64,000 nucleotides of DNA from NCBI GenBank assembly GCA_021613535.1, contig CP075497.1:6324001-6388000 (forward strand), in the 5' to 3' direction. Positions 13,687-27,629 of the stretch are shown here, piece after piece (position 1 is the stretch's first letter; every line of letters starts with the position of its first letter). The position numbers and the translations under genes were made by a program. Below the pieces are notes generated by a model. The model saw nothing but the letters and a program-made list of their open reading frames with translations. It did no database searches and was not told the origin of the DNA. This DNA comes from Adineta vaga. Taxonomy: Eukaryota > Animalia > Rotifera.

Positions 13687-14283
13687 ACGATCTATTTTCA
13701 GTAAGAATAGATTTCATTGGTAAAATGTCTACGTGCATGTAATAAAAAAAACGAATGAGACAGATAGATTAATATGGTATGTTCAGTGATTAATGCCAGA
13801 AGTCTTTTTTGTGTGTATTGATAAGAAAAACAAATCAGAGAAATAACAGCAAAAAGAAGTAAGAAAAAGATATTTGTATTGATTGAAGACTAAATTCAAA
13901 GATTTAAAATTAATTGAATTGAACAGTTCTTATTGAATTGTTTTATGCATGTGTGATGTATTGCATCATGTATATTGACATTGTTGAGTACTGCCTGAAG
14001 AAGTTTGACGACAAGATGATCTTTTTTTTTATAAGAAAGGAAAAGAGAATAGAGAGACGCATATTGTGAAAAGTGATAGTGTCATTTCTTCATTTTCTAT
14101 CTCATCTCTTTTCTTAAGCTCATATTGAGTGTCATAGATTTCTTCATAAAATTTGTTTTCTTTAGTATCTTTATTGATTTAATCAGATGTAAATATTTGT
14201 TTTACCTACATATTTTATATATTGTTTTCTTTATATATCATAGAAAAAAATCAGAATCGAAATGACTGAATGTCTCATAGAAA

Positions 14284-17200
14284 ATGAACATCAGATCTAT
14301 TCGAATGATTATTTTTTTATCTATCGAATGTTTAACAAAATCAATACATATTCCTGATAATACAACAACAATAACAATGTTTATATTCACTACAACACCA
14401 TCATTACTTGAACATTATATAAAACGACGTTCATCTGTATACAATTTATCTACAAATTCGATAGAAAATGATTCACCTTCAACATTTGAACATTCTTATG
14501 ATACGAATACATTTAAAGATGTAACAAGTATGCAATTAAAAATCAAAAATAAAGAAGATATGTTAAATTTACTTTTAAATTTAGATTTAACAAAAACACA
14601 AATTAAAGTTATTATGACTGTCGTAATTATTATTGGTTTTATTATGTTCATTATTGCTGTATTTCGATTCAAGTGAGTAATTTTGTATTCATTAACATAA
14701 ATCTCGTCTACAATTTGATATGTTCATTGTCGAAATAACTAAAGTGTCGAGACACGGTTAACCGATTTATAAAGTATAGAAGAGATCGAACTAAGAAAAA
14801 GTTACTTTCAATGATGTGTACTTATCTGTAAGTGTTATTTATTTATTTATTGCATAATAAAATAGACTAAGATTGATGAACAAATGAAGATTATATACAA
14901 TCTTCGATTAAGTTGCTCTACTTAGAATTGGTTATATGTTATTCTCAAATCGAAAGTATTAGAAGAACACCTATTTTTAACATTTTTTAATTAAATAGAC
15001 AAAAAAATATATTCTACAATTTGATATTAAAAGATTCTATTAGATAATTTGACAATAAAAATAGAACAAATGAATTTATTCTTTTATTTTTGGCTCAAAA
15101 AAACTCTTTTCATGTTTCTCATATAGATATGTACTTGAATATCCTTCAAAATAATAGAACACATTATAAAATATTAAATGAAGTTCTTTGAATATGTTGA
15201 GAAAAAAATCTTTTATCTTTCGTAGTCAATAGTGATAGAAAAAGTGATGGTTTCCATTAATTTTTATAGTGAAAAAAAAATTCAATTTTCTATTCTTTTT
15301 TTTCTTCCTGATAATGGAAAATTAAGAGCTTAAATGAAGCTGAAAATGCTAGAAGTTAATGTATATACATTATCTGCTTAACTTTTCTTTTTCTAAATTG
15401 TCAAGCATTTTACTATCGTTATTCTCCATTGCATTACACGGAAAGGTAATATAAACATTTTGACTTTACATAAAATCGAATTTGGTTAGATTTTTCTATA
15501 TCGTGCAGAGAAATTAATATATATATATATATATTTATCATCTTTAAAATCCTTTGCCTTGAAGATAATCTCATCCGTATTGGCTTTTATAGATAGAGTT
15601 GGCAATCGAGCATTATATAATCATTTAATTTCCTTTCGAGAAGTGAAATGGGAAATCAAACTGTTATCTTTAATACATTGAAGACGTTCGTTTGATATTG
15701 AATTTTCTTGTTACAATAAAAACCTTTTAATCAACAATACAAATAAACTAACCGTAACACGTCAGATTTTCTTTAATAGATTTTTGTTTACTATCATTAG
15801 ACATCTATCTGTAAGGATAATATTCAACGTTGATGGATTCATTTCTTCTTTTATTTGTTCTTATCTTGATTGGAGATAGATCCTTATCAATGCAATTTTA
15901 GTCTTTATTATAATATGCTAATACAGTCATGCATAATAACGACAATGATTTGTCATTGCATTTCTTTCTCTTTTTTCTTTTTATTTAGACATATACATAT
16001 GTCTAAGGAATACATGCATACACTCATACATTAGAGCAAATCAGATTGATTTTCTTTGTATTTTGTCTATGTTGGTCGAAGACGAATTCATTGTTTAATT
16101 TGATAAAATAGAGGATGAATTTTCCCTTAGTTCCATTAACGTTTTTTTTTCTCTGAACGATGTGAACATTGTCTAAACATTAATACAATTATCATTGATG
16201 GTCAATATGTCCGTTTCTATTGAATTTAGGATTTCTCTCTTTCCTCTTTCTAGGAATGCATGTTGCGAACAAGATGCACACAAAATACAAACTGAAATCA
16301 TTCGCCATCGTATTTCACAATATAATGAACCAAGTTCTCGACGTGGAAGTATTGGAGTAAGTATTCAATGACAAAAAAAAACCATCAAGGTCAATGTATG
16401 AGCAAACAGCTGTGACATCCAACATAACGATTGAATAAGAGAAGAAAAAGAAAGAAAGAAAGATCTAAATGCAAGCAACTTGCTCTGTCTTTGATGCCCG
16501 AGAGCCGTCAATAATGATAAGAGCTGCCGGGTGCCTCTTAGAAAAAAGGCAATGAAGACATCGATCTATACTTACAAACGATATTATAGAAACAGAACAA
16601 ATATCAAAAACACATAAAAATTATTAGAGAAAGCAAGATAGGAAAATGAGAGGAATAGAAAAAAAACCGACGAACATCAGAGGGCGGCGACTTCTAAACC
16701 TACACGCGATCTATGTATGTTTGTGTTGAAGAAAAAAAAACTAGAAGTCGCAGAGCATATTGTTCAATCAGTCGACACCTCGTTGCTCTTGTCTGCACTG
16801 AATCCTGTTCCTTTCTTGTTCATTTTTTTCCTCTCTCTCTCTCTCTCTCTCTCACTCTTATTGCGTTTGTCTTTCCCAAAACGAGAATAGAAACAGAGAC
16901 ATGTCTGTTTATCAATGCTAGTTATTATTTATTGGCTTTTGTATGATGAACAGTAAGCAGTATTCATAAAAGCGCATCAATTCTCTCAAATGCATTATTT
17001 CTTCCGTCATTGTTGATTATTGTGTATATGTGCCAGTACGCATATATATCTCTTCTTCTGTTGATGTTCTTCAAACTTAGTCGATAAATTCTACGTCGTT
17101 CTATTCCCTGTCTTCTCTTTATCATTATCGTTGTCATCCATGAAGAAGAAAAGATTCACTATTATCACTTGTTAGAAGTATCCTAAACATAAAGTAATAA

Positions 17201-19440
17201 ATCGGTCTCGAGAAACTTACTTCGGCCACTTCTATATCTATTCTTATAATCAAGTGTTCTCTGTCTATACTGAAGAGATAGAAAAGAAAGAGACAGAGAG
17301 AGGAAATCATACAGATGCTTTTATTACTCTGTACATCCTAAGTACTTCGATGTAAGTATATACATATAGATATTTCGTAACAAGAAACTATCATTGATCA
17401 TAGTAAACATCGAGTAATTAGAAAAGCAAAAAAAAACAGAGATTCATCAGATAATCTTTCATTTATATTTTTTTAACCATCCCTATACTGATTTGGTAAA
17501 ATAACAAAATAAGTAATATATTCCTATTACATCATTATTATTTGTGGGATGTAATAATATCGAGTCTGTGTTTTTCTCTCATCTACTAGTATCTCTAGAG
17601 TAACTGTCATAGAGAGAAGAAAACGATGATTGTTTAGTTAGTGAACTAGAAGCGACGAGAGAAAGAAAGATTAGAAGTCGAAGAAACAATTGCATATCAA
17701 TCGATCATCATATTGACGAGTGATGATATGTATATATTTCATTTTGTGAGAAAAGAAATATGCTTCGAGTGAAAACATTCCTCTAAGACTTTGATTTAAT
17801 GCCTAGAGCTGACGAAAAACTTCTTCAGTCATAAATAAACATTTAATATATGTATATCAATCAATATGATCATTTTAGCGGAATGAGATGATGAATAAAG
17901 AAAGAAAGAAAAATCAAGTCAGACACTTGATATACTCATGTTTATATCGACCTTGAAGGAAAGGAACATCACGGAAATTTAACATGTTCCGTTCCGGATT
18001 TGCGTGACATGCTGAATATACTACTAACATCACTTGTCTTTCTTTTGCGTGTATATCCTATATGAAAATCAAAATAGACAGCCACATGTCTATTTCTCAT
18101 CATTTTGGGTAGATTGAGCTTTTCAATGTTTCTTTCCTTCTTTCTTACAATTTTTTTACTTGATTTTTCATGAATAAGGAGAGAAGATACAAAAAAAAGA
18201 GAAAGACTTTTTTTTCTTATTATAATCATATCATGAACAATTGTCATTCGTTGTCATCATGATGAATACATCCTGATAGTATGTGAATAGTGGATGTTTT
18301 AATCATTAGAAATCCTTTTTTCTCTTTGTTACATAGCAAGGTATTTAAATGTTTCTTTCTCTCCTTTGTTACATATGCTTCAACGCCTTTCACCGGTTTT
18401 CTCTCCTTTTTTTTAATACAAGTAAGCTAGTAATACTATGTTGTCATCAGTCGTTCATTTTGTAATGAGACGAGAGAATAAGAGAAGAATAAAGCACAAG
18501 AGACAGATGTGGAGCGCTTACGTAGAAAATTATTTTTTTTCTAAATCACTTCATTTTTATGTCCTTCAGGCTTTCTAAAGAATAGTCGTGCGTGTGTACT
18601 GGCAAGCTAGCTAATAGTCAATTTGTCTTTCGTTTTTTTGCTAGTGACGATTTTCATCTGATTAGAAGCAAAGCTAAATGGAAGTAAATCAATTTTATCT
18701 CAGTGCATGTTCAAAACATTGATAGAATGAACGTGTACTGATGATGATGATGATGATGATGATGACATGTTAGTTGTGCAATCGACTACATAGTTGGATT
18801 GATATGTGTATTTCTTAGTTGATTGTATATACGATATGTGAGCATTCGGAGCGTTCTATTACTCAAGAGAGAAGAGGGAAAAGAAAATAGATTTTTCTAG
18901 GCATTTTCTTCTCATCTTCATACCTAAAATAAGTGTTCCATTTATAGAAGAAAATCAGTGATGGTGAGTGTATTTAAGAAGTGAAAATGAATGATTTGAT
19001 CGGAATGAGTTTGATTTATATTTATTTATATATATTTATTTTAGTATTATACGCGGAAATATACACGAGCATCGAATTATCGTTTTGAAGAACAATTAGA
19101 TCCTTCCGTAGTTAAAAATCGATCAAGTATTCCTGTTTATGAGCAATTGTTTCAGTCCAAAACTGATATCATTCTTTCATCGTTACCTATAGAATCATCC
19201 ACGACAACAGCTCCTGTACAATCTCACTATGTCACATCCAATCATTCTGATAATCAACACGTATCTATTCCCATAAAATCAAATATACACAAATCATTTT
19301 CCACTGTTGGTATTACTCGGGTACGTTCTTCGTCTACTTTGTCCCTCTTCATTGAAATCTTTTCTCTTGTGAACAATCAGAAGCGCCATCTTAAGATTAA
19401 TAAATATGTCACCAGTAATTACAAGTCAATCAGTTGCTAA
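14284..19440 (+). CDS. Type I single-pass membrane protein of unknown function (3 exons, long introns)
   Basis: Exons 14284-14672, 16254-16356, 19045-19440 with compatible phases and strong donors (GTGAGT, GTAAGT). Signal-like N-terminus, S/T-rich ectodomain, TM VIMTVVIIIGFIMFIIAVF, juxtamembrane KNACC. Confidence 0.7.
18739..18765. repeat. (TGA)n microsatellite
   Basis: Direct reading. Confidence 0.9.
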
Positions 19441-20916
19441 AACGCACACACGCATAGACACACTTGTTTATCTTACTATGCATAACTTCTTATAATCGCT
19501 TTTACTCATGTGCATAGAAAGATTGCCATTGCAAGTATTTGTGTGCACAGACATTCTTGCAGAAAATCGACATTAAATGATAAGATGGACAAGATTAATG
19601 ATCACCAATGAAGAAGTATCATTTTGTCTTATTATTGCTTAAAAGATTCGAATGATTATCTACACATGATTGAATAACAGGTGAAAGTTGTTTATATATA
19701 CATAAAGAGAGAGAGAGAGAGAGACAAAGATCGAGTTTGTTTCTTTAGACTAATCACTTTTTTTCTACTCTATTTATATCATTGTATATCGTAAAAGAAA
19801 TCATGAATATTTCATTATCATATTATTTACGGAGTGCTCTCGTACGATTAACATCCATCGATTAGACAAATATCGAAACTGTCAATCTTTTATAGAACAG
19901 ATAAACTGTGTAAAGATAAACGCAAATAAGGGCAATGTACATGATGTATATCGACACACACACACACACACATCTATACATGTATATGTGCAGTGTTAAT
20001 AATTAGATGCCATTTAAACTTCGTTTACCGTTCTTATTAGTGTATGTTTAACACATCGATCTAGACAGAATAACGATGTCAATTCGTCTGGGGACGAAAA
20101 TCAATTTCCTGTGCGTGCATAGCAGTAAACGGGCAGTTATACACAAACTCGTTTAAGTCTACTCTCTCTGTCACACCAAGTATGAAAACAGACAATGCTG
20201 TTAAGAAAAAGAAGAAAGTCATTTGAATATCCACTCGTTGTTTTTCTTTATTTCTTCTTTACTGACAGCTACTAAAATTCGATTTACTAAATAAGTATAT
20301 ACTTTAATTATAACAAAAAATGTTACATTGAAAAAAAAATATTCAGATGGCATTATAAGTAATCTAACACGTTTGAGGACATTTTTCTAGTATATGACAG
20401 TTTGTAAAGAATCAGAAGGAAAAAAAGGAAGAAAGAGGAAAACGTAACAGTCTCTTCTCTTCCAAAGTTCCTCTTTGAATTCATTATTCTAAGAGCAAGT
20501 GAAAATCCACTTCTGATTTCTTCGAATAAACTCTGTGATGAGTTTCCTTTTCTTTGCACATGACTGCTCATTCTTTCTTACCAACAGTTACAACTCATGC
20601 TGTTGACACTGTCATATCAGGTTTCTCTAGTCGAATCAACTGTCAGTTACAAGAAGAATTTATGTGTATTCATCAACAGCAGCATCAAAGAAATCAAGTA
20701 TAGAATGAGATTTATTCCTGTAGTCGTTTCTATCAACTAGTAAAGGATAACATTAACTCATCTGCATACATGTGCCCTATGTCGTCAACGATCGCGTATA
20801 TGTGTTTGTGTAGGCACAAGCTGACTTATGATTTCGTTAATGCAAATTGAATCTATCTGTTGTTCTTAGCAGTAGTAGTACTATTACTACTAGGACTAGA
20901 AGGAATAAGGAGTCGT

Positions 20917-20919
<3 letters not shown>

Positions 20920-20948
<29 letters not shown>

Positions 20949-21188
20949 CGTATGAGTGATGTCTCGGCTACTAGTCATTCAGTCAACAAACTCAAAGAAA
21001 AGAAGAAGAAGAAGAGGAAAAAGAAGAAATTGATGATGATGATGACGAAGATGAGAGAATATGCATTTCTCTTATATCTGGTCTCCTTCCCCTCTCTCTC
21101 TCTCTCTCTCTTTCTCGCTTTCATAGTCAATGTTACTGTGTTACTACGTTCGCTCGCTCACTCCCTCCCTCCCTCCCTCTCTCTCTCT
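20920..21188. repeat. Cluster of simple repeats: (TGA)n, (GAA)n, (CT)n, (CCCT)n
   Basis: Direct reading; accounts for the spurious poly-M/poly-K ORF 20847-21272. Confidence 0.85.
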
Positions 21189-21374
21189 CAGTCATCAACA
21201 ACAAATATCATAAATAGAGTAGAAAATACCATGAGAGCATACAGGACGAGAAAATACTCGCTGTCATGTTAATGAAAAAGAATGCGAATACAAGAAGAAT
21301 GTCGTTCGCCGAGCTAAACACAGAACAGTGAAACGTTCTCGAATCAATTGATATGTTTGGACTGTGTACATTAG

Positions 21375-24300
21375 TGTTGTTCTCATCATTTCAAAGATAA
21401 ACTACCTGTCATTATCGATATTTTCTTTTCCTCTCTAACCATTCATTCCATTCATCGACAATCCGGTCGTTTGATCCTCTGCACGGTACCACCACATATA
21501 TTGTGTCGTCCAAATACTGTTCGTTATTCACTTGTTTTTAACGTGCATGATCAACGACAACGACGAGGCAGTACTTCAAATCGATATATCAAAGTGTCGT
21601 CGCCAACGCTTCGTAAACTTTGTTTACCGTGTATTACAGCACGAAATCATCGTCAACAATATAAGCGTTCGCAACAAATAAATAAAAACAAAACATTAAA
21701 AAACAATCAACGACAAATTATCAATCCTTCAACCACTGAGAACAATGTTATTGAATCAATACAACGCTTAGAAATCAATCCAAAGACACATGATCCTAAA
21801 TCAACAATCTTACTGCTACACAGCAGTGAATATTTACATGAAAACGATGCTAATCAATCTGATGAGCAACATCAACATTTCGAGAAGACTTCATTTCCGA
21901 CTGGAAAGATAGAAGAAAAAAATGATGAGATATCGGTGGAAGCGGAAATAATAACGACAGAAGTAGTTTCAGAATCCGTATTACTAACATTATCATCACC
22001 TGAAAATGAAATAACGAGATCAAACATAGAGGATGTGGTAGGTACTTTTATAGTCGTCAGTTTGATTAATTTGAGAGTAATAATAAAAGTGATCATGTCA
22101 TTCATCTTCTTCCTTTTGGTTTTCTTTTCTTTTTTCTGTCTTCTTTTAATTCATCCTTATTTTTTTCTTACTAGTGTGATGATCATACGCCACTATTAAC
22201 ATCGGAACTTGCATCTACTATCAAAGATTCATCGAACCGTACTACTCGTAAATATTCGCTCAATGCTTTTTCATCCTTCGTACGTTCTTCAAACTCACAT
22301 CCGTTATCTTCTTCATCGACAACTTCAGTTATTACCAACAATAAGACAGCCGGTGATAATAAAAAAAATCGTCATAGTCTTGATTTGACATCTCAGCGGC
22401 AAGTTAATCTTTCATCTCTATTTCATCGTAATTCAATTACTCAACAATCGAAAACAGTTTGCTCAAAAACTAATTCTGCGAATATAAATTCACAAATATC
22501 ACCAACAAATACAACGACTCTTCCAGTCCAATATAATCAATCATCAGGGGTGGGTGATTCCGATAGTAGTAGCCGAACATCATTAATAAAAACTAAAGCA
22601 TCGAATTTAATTAAACCTCATCTAAGAAAAAAATCTTCGACAATTACACCAATTTCATCGACATCATCTTATCGAAAAGATTTCATGCAAAAGATTGAAC
22701 GTTTTCGTTTTATCGATGATAGTGCTTCGAGCACAACAACAGTTACATCACCTGTGGAAAGTACAGATCGTTTGAATGGTCATCAACCATGTAATCATCT
22801 AATTACAAGTGCTATTGAACAATTTGATGATTATGTTCGATCAAGATATTGTAATAATGATGAAATTAATTCTTATATTGATCGTCTCAATTCTGATATA
22901 TTAACAAATGGATCGTATTCAGATTTAAATATTCTCAATAGTACCAATGATAATTCAACGATGCAGAATGCTCAGGTTAATCAACAAACAATATCATTCA
23001 AGCCGGTGAATCATTCTACGTCTCAATCAGAAACAGTAAGTCTCGTTGTTTTCTTTTCCATGAAAATAAGATTGACATGTATGATCAAAAAATTTCAAAA
23101 ATATTTTTGTTTGAGTTTCATAAAACATAATATCCGACATACTTATCTATTATTTAAATCAGTTCCGTTCTAAATATATTAGATTTTGCTTTATTTCTTT
23201 TCTTTCTCGGGAAAAAAAAACAACCAGACCGACAATATTACTTAGAATAAAAAATTGAATTAGAAAGATAGGATTAATAATGTTCTTTTTCTTCTACAAG
23301 AATGGCTATCGTCAAGTAATACGTAATTCAACACCGATTGCAATTCCATCACGACCTGTTCATCCAATCGATAATCCTCCAATACGACCAACAACGATAA
23401 TAACAAATGAATATTCACGTTCCATGGATTTTCAATCAATAAATAATAATCATAAACATCACCTGAGGAAACAAGAACTTAGTCGACCGAATACACTTAT
23501 CAATCCTGCAACTATCTATGAAACATCTTCATCATCAATTGCTACTCTAACATCTGTACGTAGTTCAACCAGTTTAGAATTTGATGATGATATGAAACCA
23601 TCCGGTGTTCTTGTTGATGATGATTTTCTTCCGATGTCATCACCAGTTGATGATCATTTTTGGGATATGACTGCAACAACAAATAATCATCATAAATTTA
23701 AATCGACAAATAAAAATGAATGTTTTCCTAATGTTGGTTCATCACCTGATATTGAAGTGAAACATTTTGTTGTCGAATCAATGAATAAATTGACTTCAAC
23801 GATAGATCAACCATTTTCAGAAACATCGTGCGATGAAGATGATGATGATGATGACGATGATGATCAACATGATCATCATCAAACAAATTATAATCGACAA
23901 AAATTTTCTATTCAAGAATATAAATTAAAAGAATTACAAAAACCAATTGTTATTCATCGATCACAATTGAATCCATCCATTCATTCAACGGAATCAACTA
24001 CGCATTCAGACGATTTAATTTCAGTATCAGTTAATAAACTTTGTATGTTATTTTTCTTTCAATTCATTTAAATCTATATTTTGATCGTCTTTTAGCACTT
24101 GATCGTCAAAATGATGAATCGTTATTAGAAAAATTTGCATCAGCAAATACAGATTCTGTACCAATAACAATTCGTTCTCCACCATTTCGTCCACCTACAG
24201 CGAATGAGATGAATCTAGCATCTCAACAATGTCCACAGACAATTTTTGAAGAAGATGATACACAAGAAAGTTCTACAAATGATAATGTATCTGACGAAAG

Positions 24301-24685
24301 TGCTGATAATGGTGAAATTGATCTTGTACATGAATTTGAATTATCACAACAACAACAAGAACAAAACAAATCTAATAATACAAATCTCTGGAGTACTAAT
24401 GATCGAGATATATTCATATTGCAAGAAGATGATCTTCTTTCAGCAATGGTAACAACACCAACACAAATTTCAATAACCAATCGACCATTACCACCCTCAA
24501 TTATGAAAATGACTCAAAATAAATCAATTGATAGTATTGATGAACAACAAATTATGACAACGAATTCGTTGAAACCTAAAGTACGATTTAATCTTGATCC
24601 ACAATATGAACGTGAACGTGAATGGAATAAAGTTACCAAAATATTAGGAAACAGTGTAGAATGGACTGATGAATTTGAAGTATAA
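21375..24685 (+). CDS. Large S/T/D-rich intrinsically disordered protein; 5' end uncertain
   Basis: Exons ~21375-22037, 22175-23035, 23301-24042, 24096-24685 splice in frame. Ends KPKVRFNLDPQYEREREWNKVTKILGNSVEWTDEFEV. Confidence 0.65.
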
Positions 24686-24929
24686 CATCGTCTATGTCTC
24701 AATTGACATCGAAAAAAGAAGACATCAGTCAGATTTCCTCTCTTTCTTTCTTTCTTTCTTTCTTTTATTTCCTTTATGTCCGGAGCTTAACCTACATGTT
24801 ATGTTGTACAGCTCTTTCTCTCTCTCTTAATATTTCTTCTGTTTTGTTTTTATTTTGTTCCTCAAGTAGATGATTTATTAGAACATTGCCAGATATATAT
24901 ATATATATATAAACGTTTTGGTTTTTATT

Positions 24930-26413
24930 TCAAGAATGATAGAATGTTTGAAATTTAGTATCTGTTGGTTTAAGAATTGTTCGATCCTTGAGATTAACTA
25001 ACCAACCAGGTTCCAAACCATAAAATATCTGTCGAGGATCTTTTCGTAGATGAAATAATGATGATAATTTTGAAGAATCTGGTAATTTATAACCATATTT
25101 TTGTGCTAAACGTTGTCGTTCTTCACGTACTAAATCTGGATTTGCTAAATAACCACGCTGTTTTGGATCAGTATAAAATTCAATAGCATTGATCGGTGGA
25201 GTATCACAACGTGGAATTGGTTCACCACGTTCAAAAAATTTCTTCGCATCGATCAATGCTGATAGAGAGATTGGATCGAAATAGCGTGTTGTTAATACAC
25301 CACCACATCGTTCAATAGCAGCTATAGCTAATTCACTAGCTACCCATTGAATTTCAAGATTGATTGGAGTAGAAAAAAGATCAGCACCCTGAAGGAATAA
25401 AGATTGAAAAAAGAAATTAATTCTTGCATGACGAAAAAGATTATTTGATCTTAATAAAATATTTCTATATAGACAACAATAGGATAGTAGATATTCAAAA
25501 GGAAGCTCCTTATTTTCTATATATACACTAGAAAGATGTCCGAATAAATCGGATTGACAAATGTATTCATAAGTTGACAAAGTAGATTTGAGAAAAATTC
25601 TCATTTGTATATGTGACATTCATTTTTGATGAATGAACATTATCAAATCGGTGGTTCTGCTCCATTTTATTAATACATTATGAAATCAAAAATGCGTATT
25701 TTATATTCTTAATTAAAATCATCTGTCGACATATTTTACTTTTGATGAAGTCGAACTAATTTATTCCATAGATTAATTATTAATAATTCGTTTCTACTCT
25801 GTTAAATCAAGCAGATAGTTGCGTACTCAGTGATGTAAAAATACAGTCGAACTTTCTTTAATATATTCAAATAGACTAAATGAATTCATCTTACTTCATC
25901 AGTTAATTGTAAACCAAATTGTCGTTGATCCGGTTGAATTGAAAACAATTTTGTATTACAAAGTACAGGTAAATCAATAGGTTTTTCTGGATTGATACGA
26001 CGAAGATCAATCAAACGTTGAAGAGTATGTAATGATATTGGTAAATATTGTCGCGCTTCTCTAAATATTGAATGGAAATGTTGTGTAGATGAAAATTTTC
26101 ATAACATACTCGACTCCTTCATAGTAAGGTTCCTTTGGAACAGTTAATATCCATGGCAAACGTCCTTCAGCTTGAATTGGATCAATACCATATGGTGGTA
26201 ATGCACTTCTCGCAATTGGACCTTTTCTACTCATGATCGCTTTGATTTTTGTTTCATCAGGCTATAAACAAGAATTGAAATTAACATCGAAAGAAATGAA
26301 GTTTTTACATGTGCTTTTTTCCATTTGTCAGTTTTCTCTAAAGGCATTGGTAAATTTTTCAAAGTTACTCTTTGCATTTGTCTTAGATATTGTAGGCCTC
26401 GTTCGATCGGCAT
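24930..26413 (-). CDS. MRPL15: Mitochondrial ribosomal protein uL15m
   Basis: Motifs LQRLIDLRRINPEKPIDL, INLEIQWVASELAIAAIERCGG, FFERGEPIPR, FYTDPKQRGYLANP, RKDPRQIFYGLEPGWLVNLKDRTILKPTD; multi-exon. Confidence 0.93.
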
Positions 26414-26547
26414 TGTTTATCTGAAGGAAATCGAAAAATTAAACTTTAGATTGTTGACTTTTGTTTCAGAAAGTTGAAAAATTAAATCGGAAAAAGAGCA
26501 AATGATCACTATGAAATTTTAAATTTTAAACAAACAAACAAAAAATA

Positions 26548-27559
26548 TTAAACATCGTTCGATGATTCGGAAGATGGACTGATTGATAGTTGATTTTCTT
26601 CATCACTTCGTTTACCATTATCAGAAACAACAACTATACTATCACCGTCTTCATTATTTGCTTTCGAATTTGTTTCAGCTGGAATCGGTGATGAACGATC
26701 TTTTCGTTTCTATAAATAAACAGAATTTTTGATTAGAACTCGATTTCTCTTTTTCAAGAATCTTTATTTTACTTCTAATTGCCATGATGGAAGTGTTGGT
26801 GGTACTTTGGGAATAGTTGGAAATTGAGAACGACTTAAATGAAGTCCTTTTAAAGATTGAATCTCTCGTTTGATTTCGTCTAATGAACCGGATGAGGATC
26901 TATTCATGGACGTCGTATGTATTGTTAAATGTAATTGATCAGTTGCTTGTTCAAGTTTTTTTACACTTGTATGTATATCTTGAATTGTTTTTTGAAGATT
27001 TTTCAATGTTTCATTTAAATCATTAGCTTTAAGGGATCGTTTCTATGAACGGAAAGTCGAGGAATACAAAATTTATCAATAGAAGAATTTGAATTTTTCC
27101 TACTGAATTAAACCATCGTTTAATAAATTTGTATGCTATGCCAATCAATCCAGCTAAGATTAAATCGGATAGGATTCGACGAAAAAATGAGGGTCGATGA
27201 TGAGGAACAAGTTCTTGGCTTGTTTCTACGAATGCATGGAGAAAGTTAAGGGAAAATATTAGTGGAAAAGTAAGATTTTACGTTTTTGTGGAATGATTTT
27301 AAATGCATAGTCAATTTCATTATCAGTAAGTCCTGAAAGATTATGAAAAAAGAATTGATTTTTAATGTTCTACAAATTGATTTTACCTTTTTTCTGTAAG
27401 AAATCACGTTTTTTCTCTATCGATTCAGCTGCAACTTTTGGATTCTTCAAAAACTAATGGCCGTATCGACCTACAACATAATATATCAATATAATATCGA
27501 TGGAAACTATTTTTTCATACCAAATCTGATCGAATATTATTATTTGTTTGATCGGTCAT
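26548..27559 (-). CDS. PEX14: Peroxisomal membrane protein PEX14
   Basis: MTDQTNNNIRSDL|VDTAISFLKNPKV..IEKKRDFLQKKGLTDNEIDYAF (Pex14_N), hydrophobic segment, coiled coil, EIKREIQSLKGLHLSRSQFP..P..LPSWQL. Confidence 0.92.
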
Positions 27560-27629
27560 CTAAAATATCGTTATCTAGAATAAATAATCAGAAACAAAGA
27601 GAAACGTTGAAAAAATATATATGTATTTA

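Noticed and set aside
20847-21272. 141-aa ORF with poly-Met and poly-Lys
   Set aside because: It is a translation of TGA/GAA/CT microsatellites with no coding signal.
25389-25619. N-terminal part of ORF 24930-25619
   Set aside because: Intron sequence; MRPL15 homology resumes only after the TTCCTTCAG acceptor, at GADLF.
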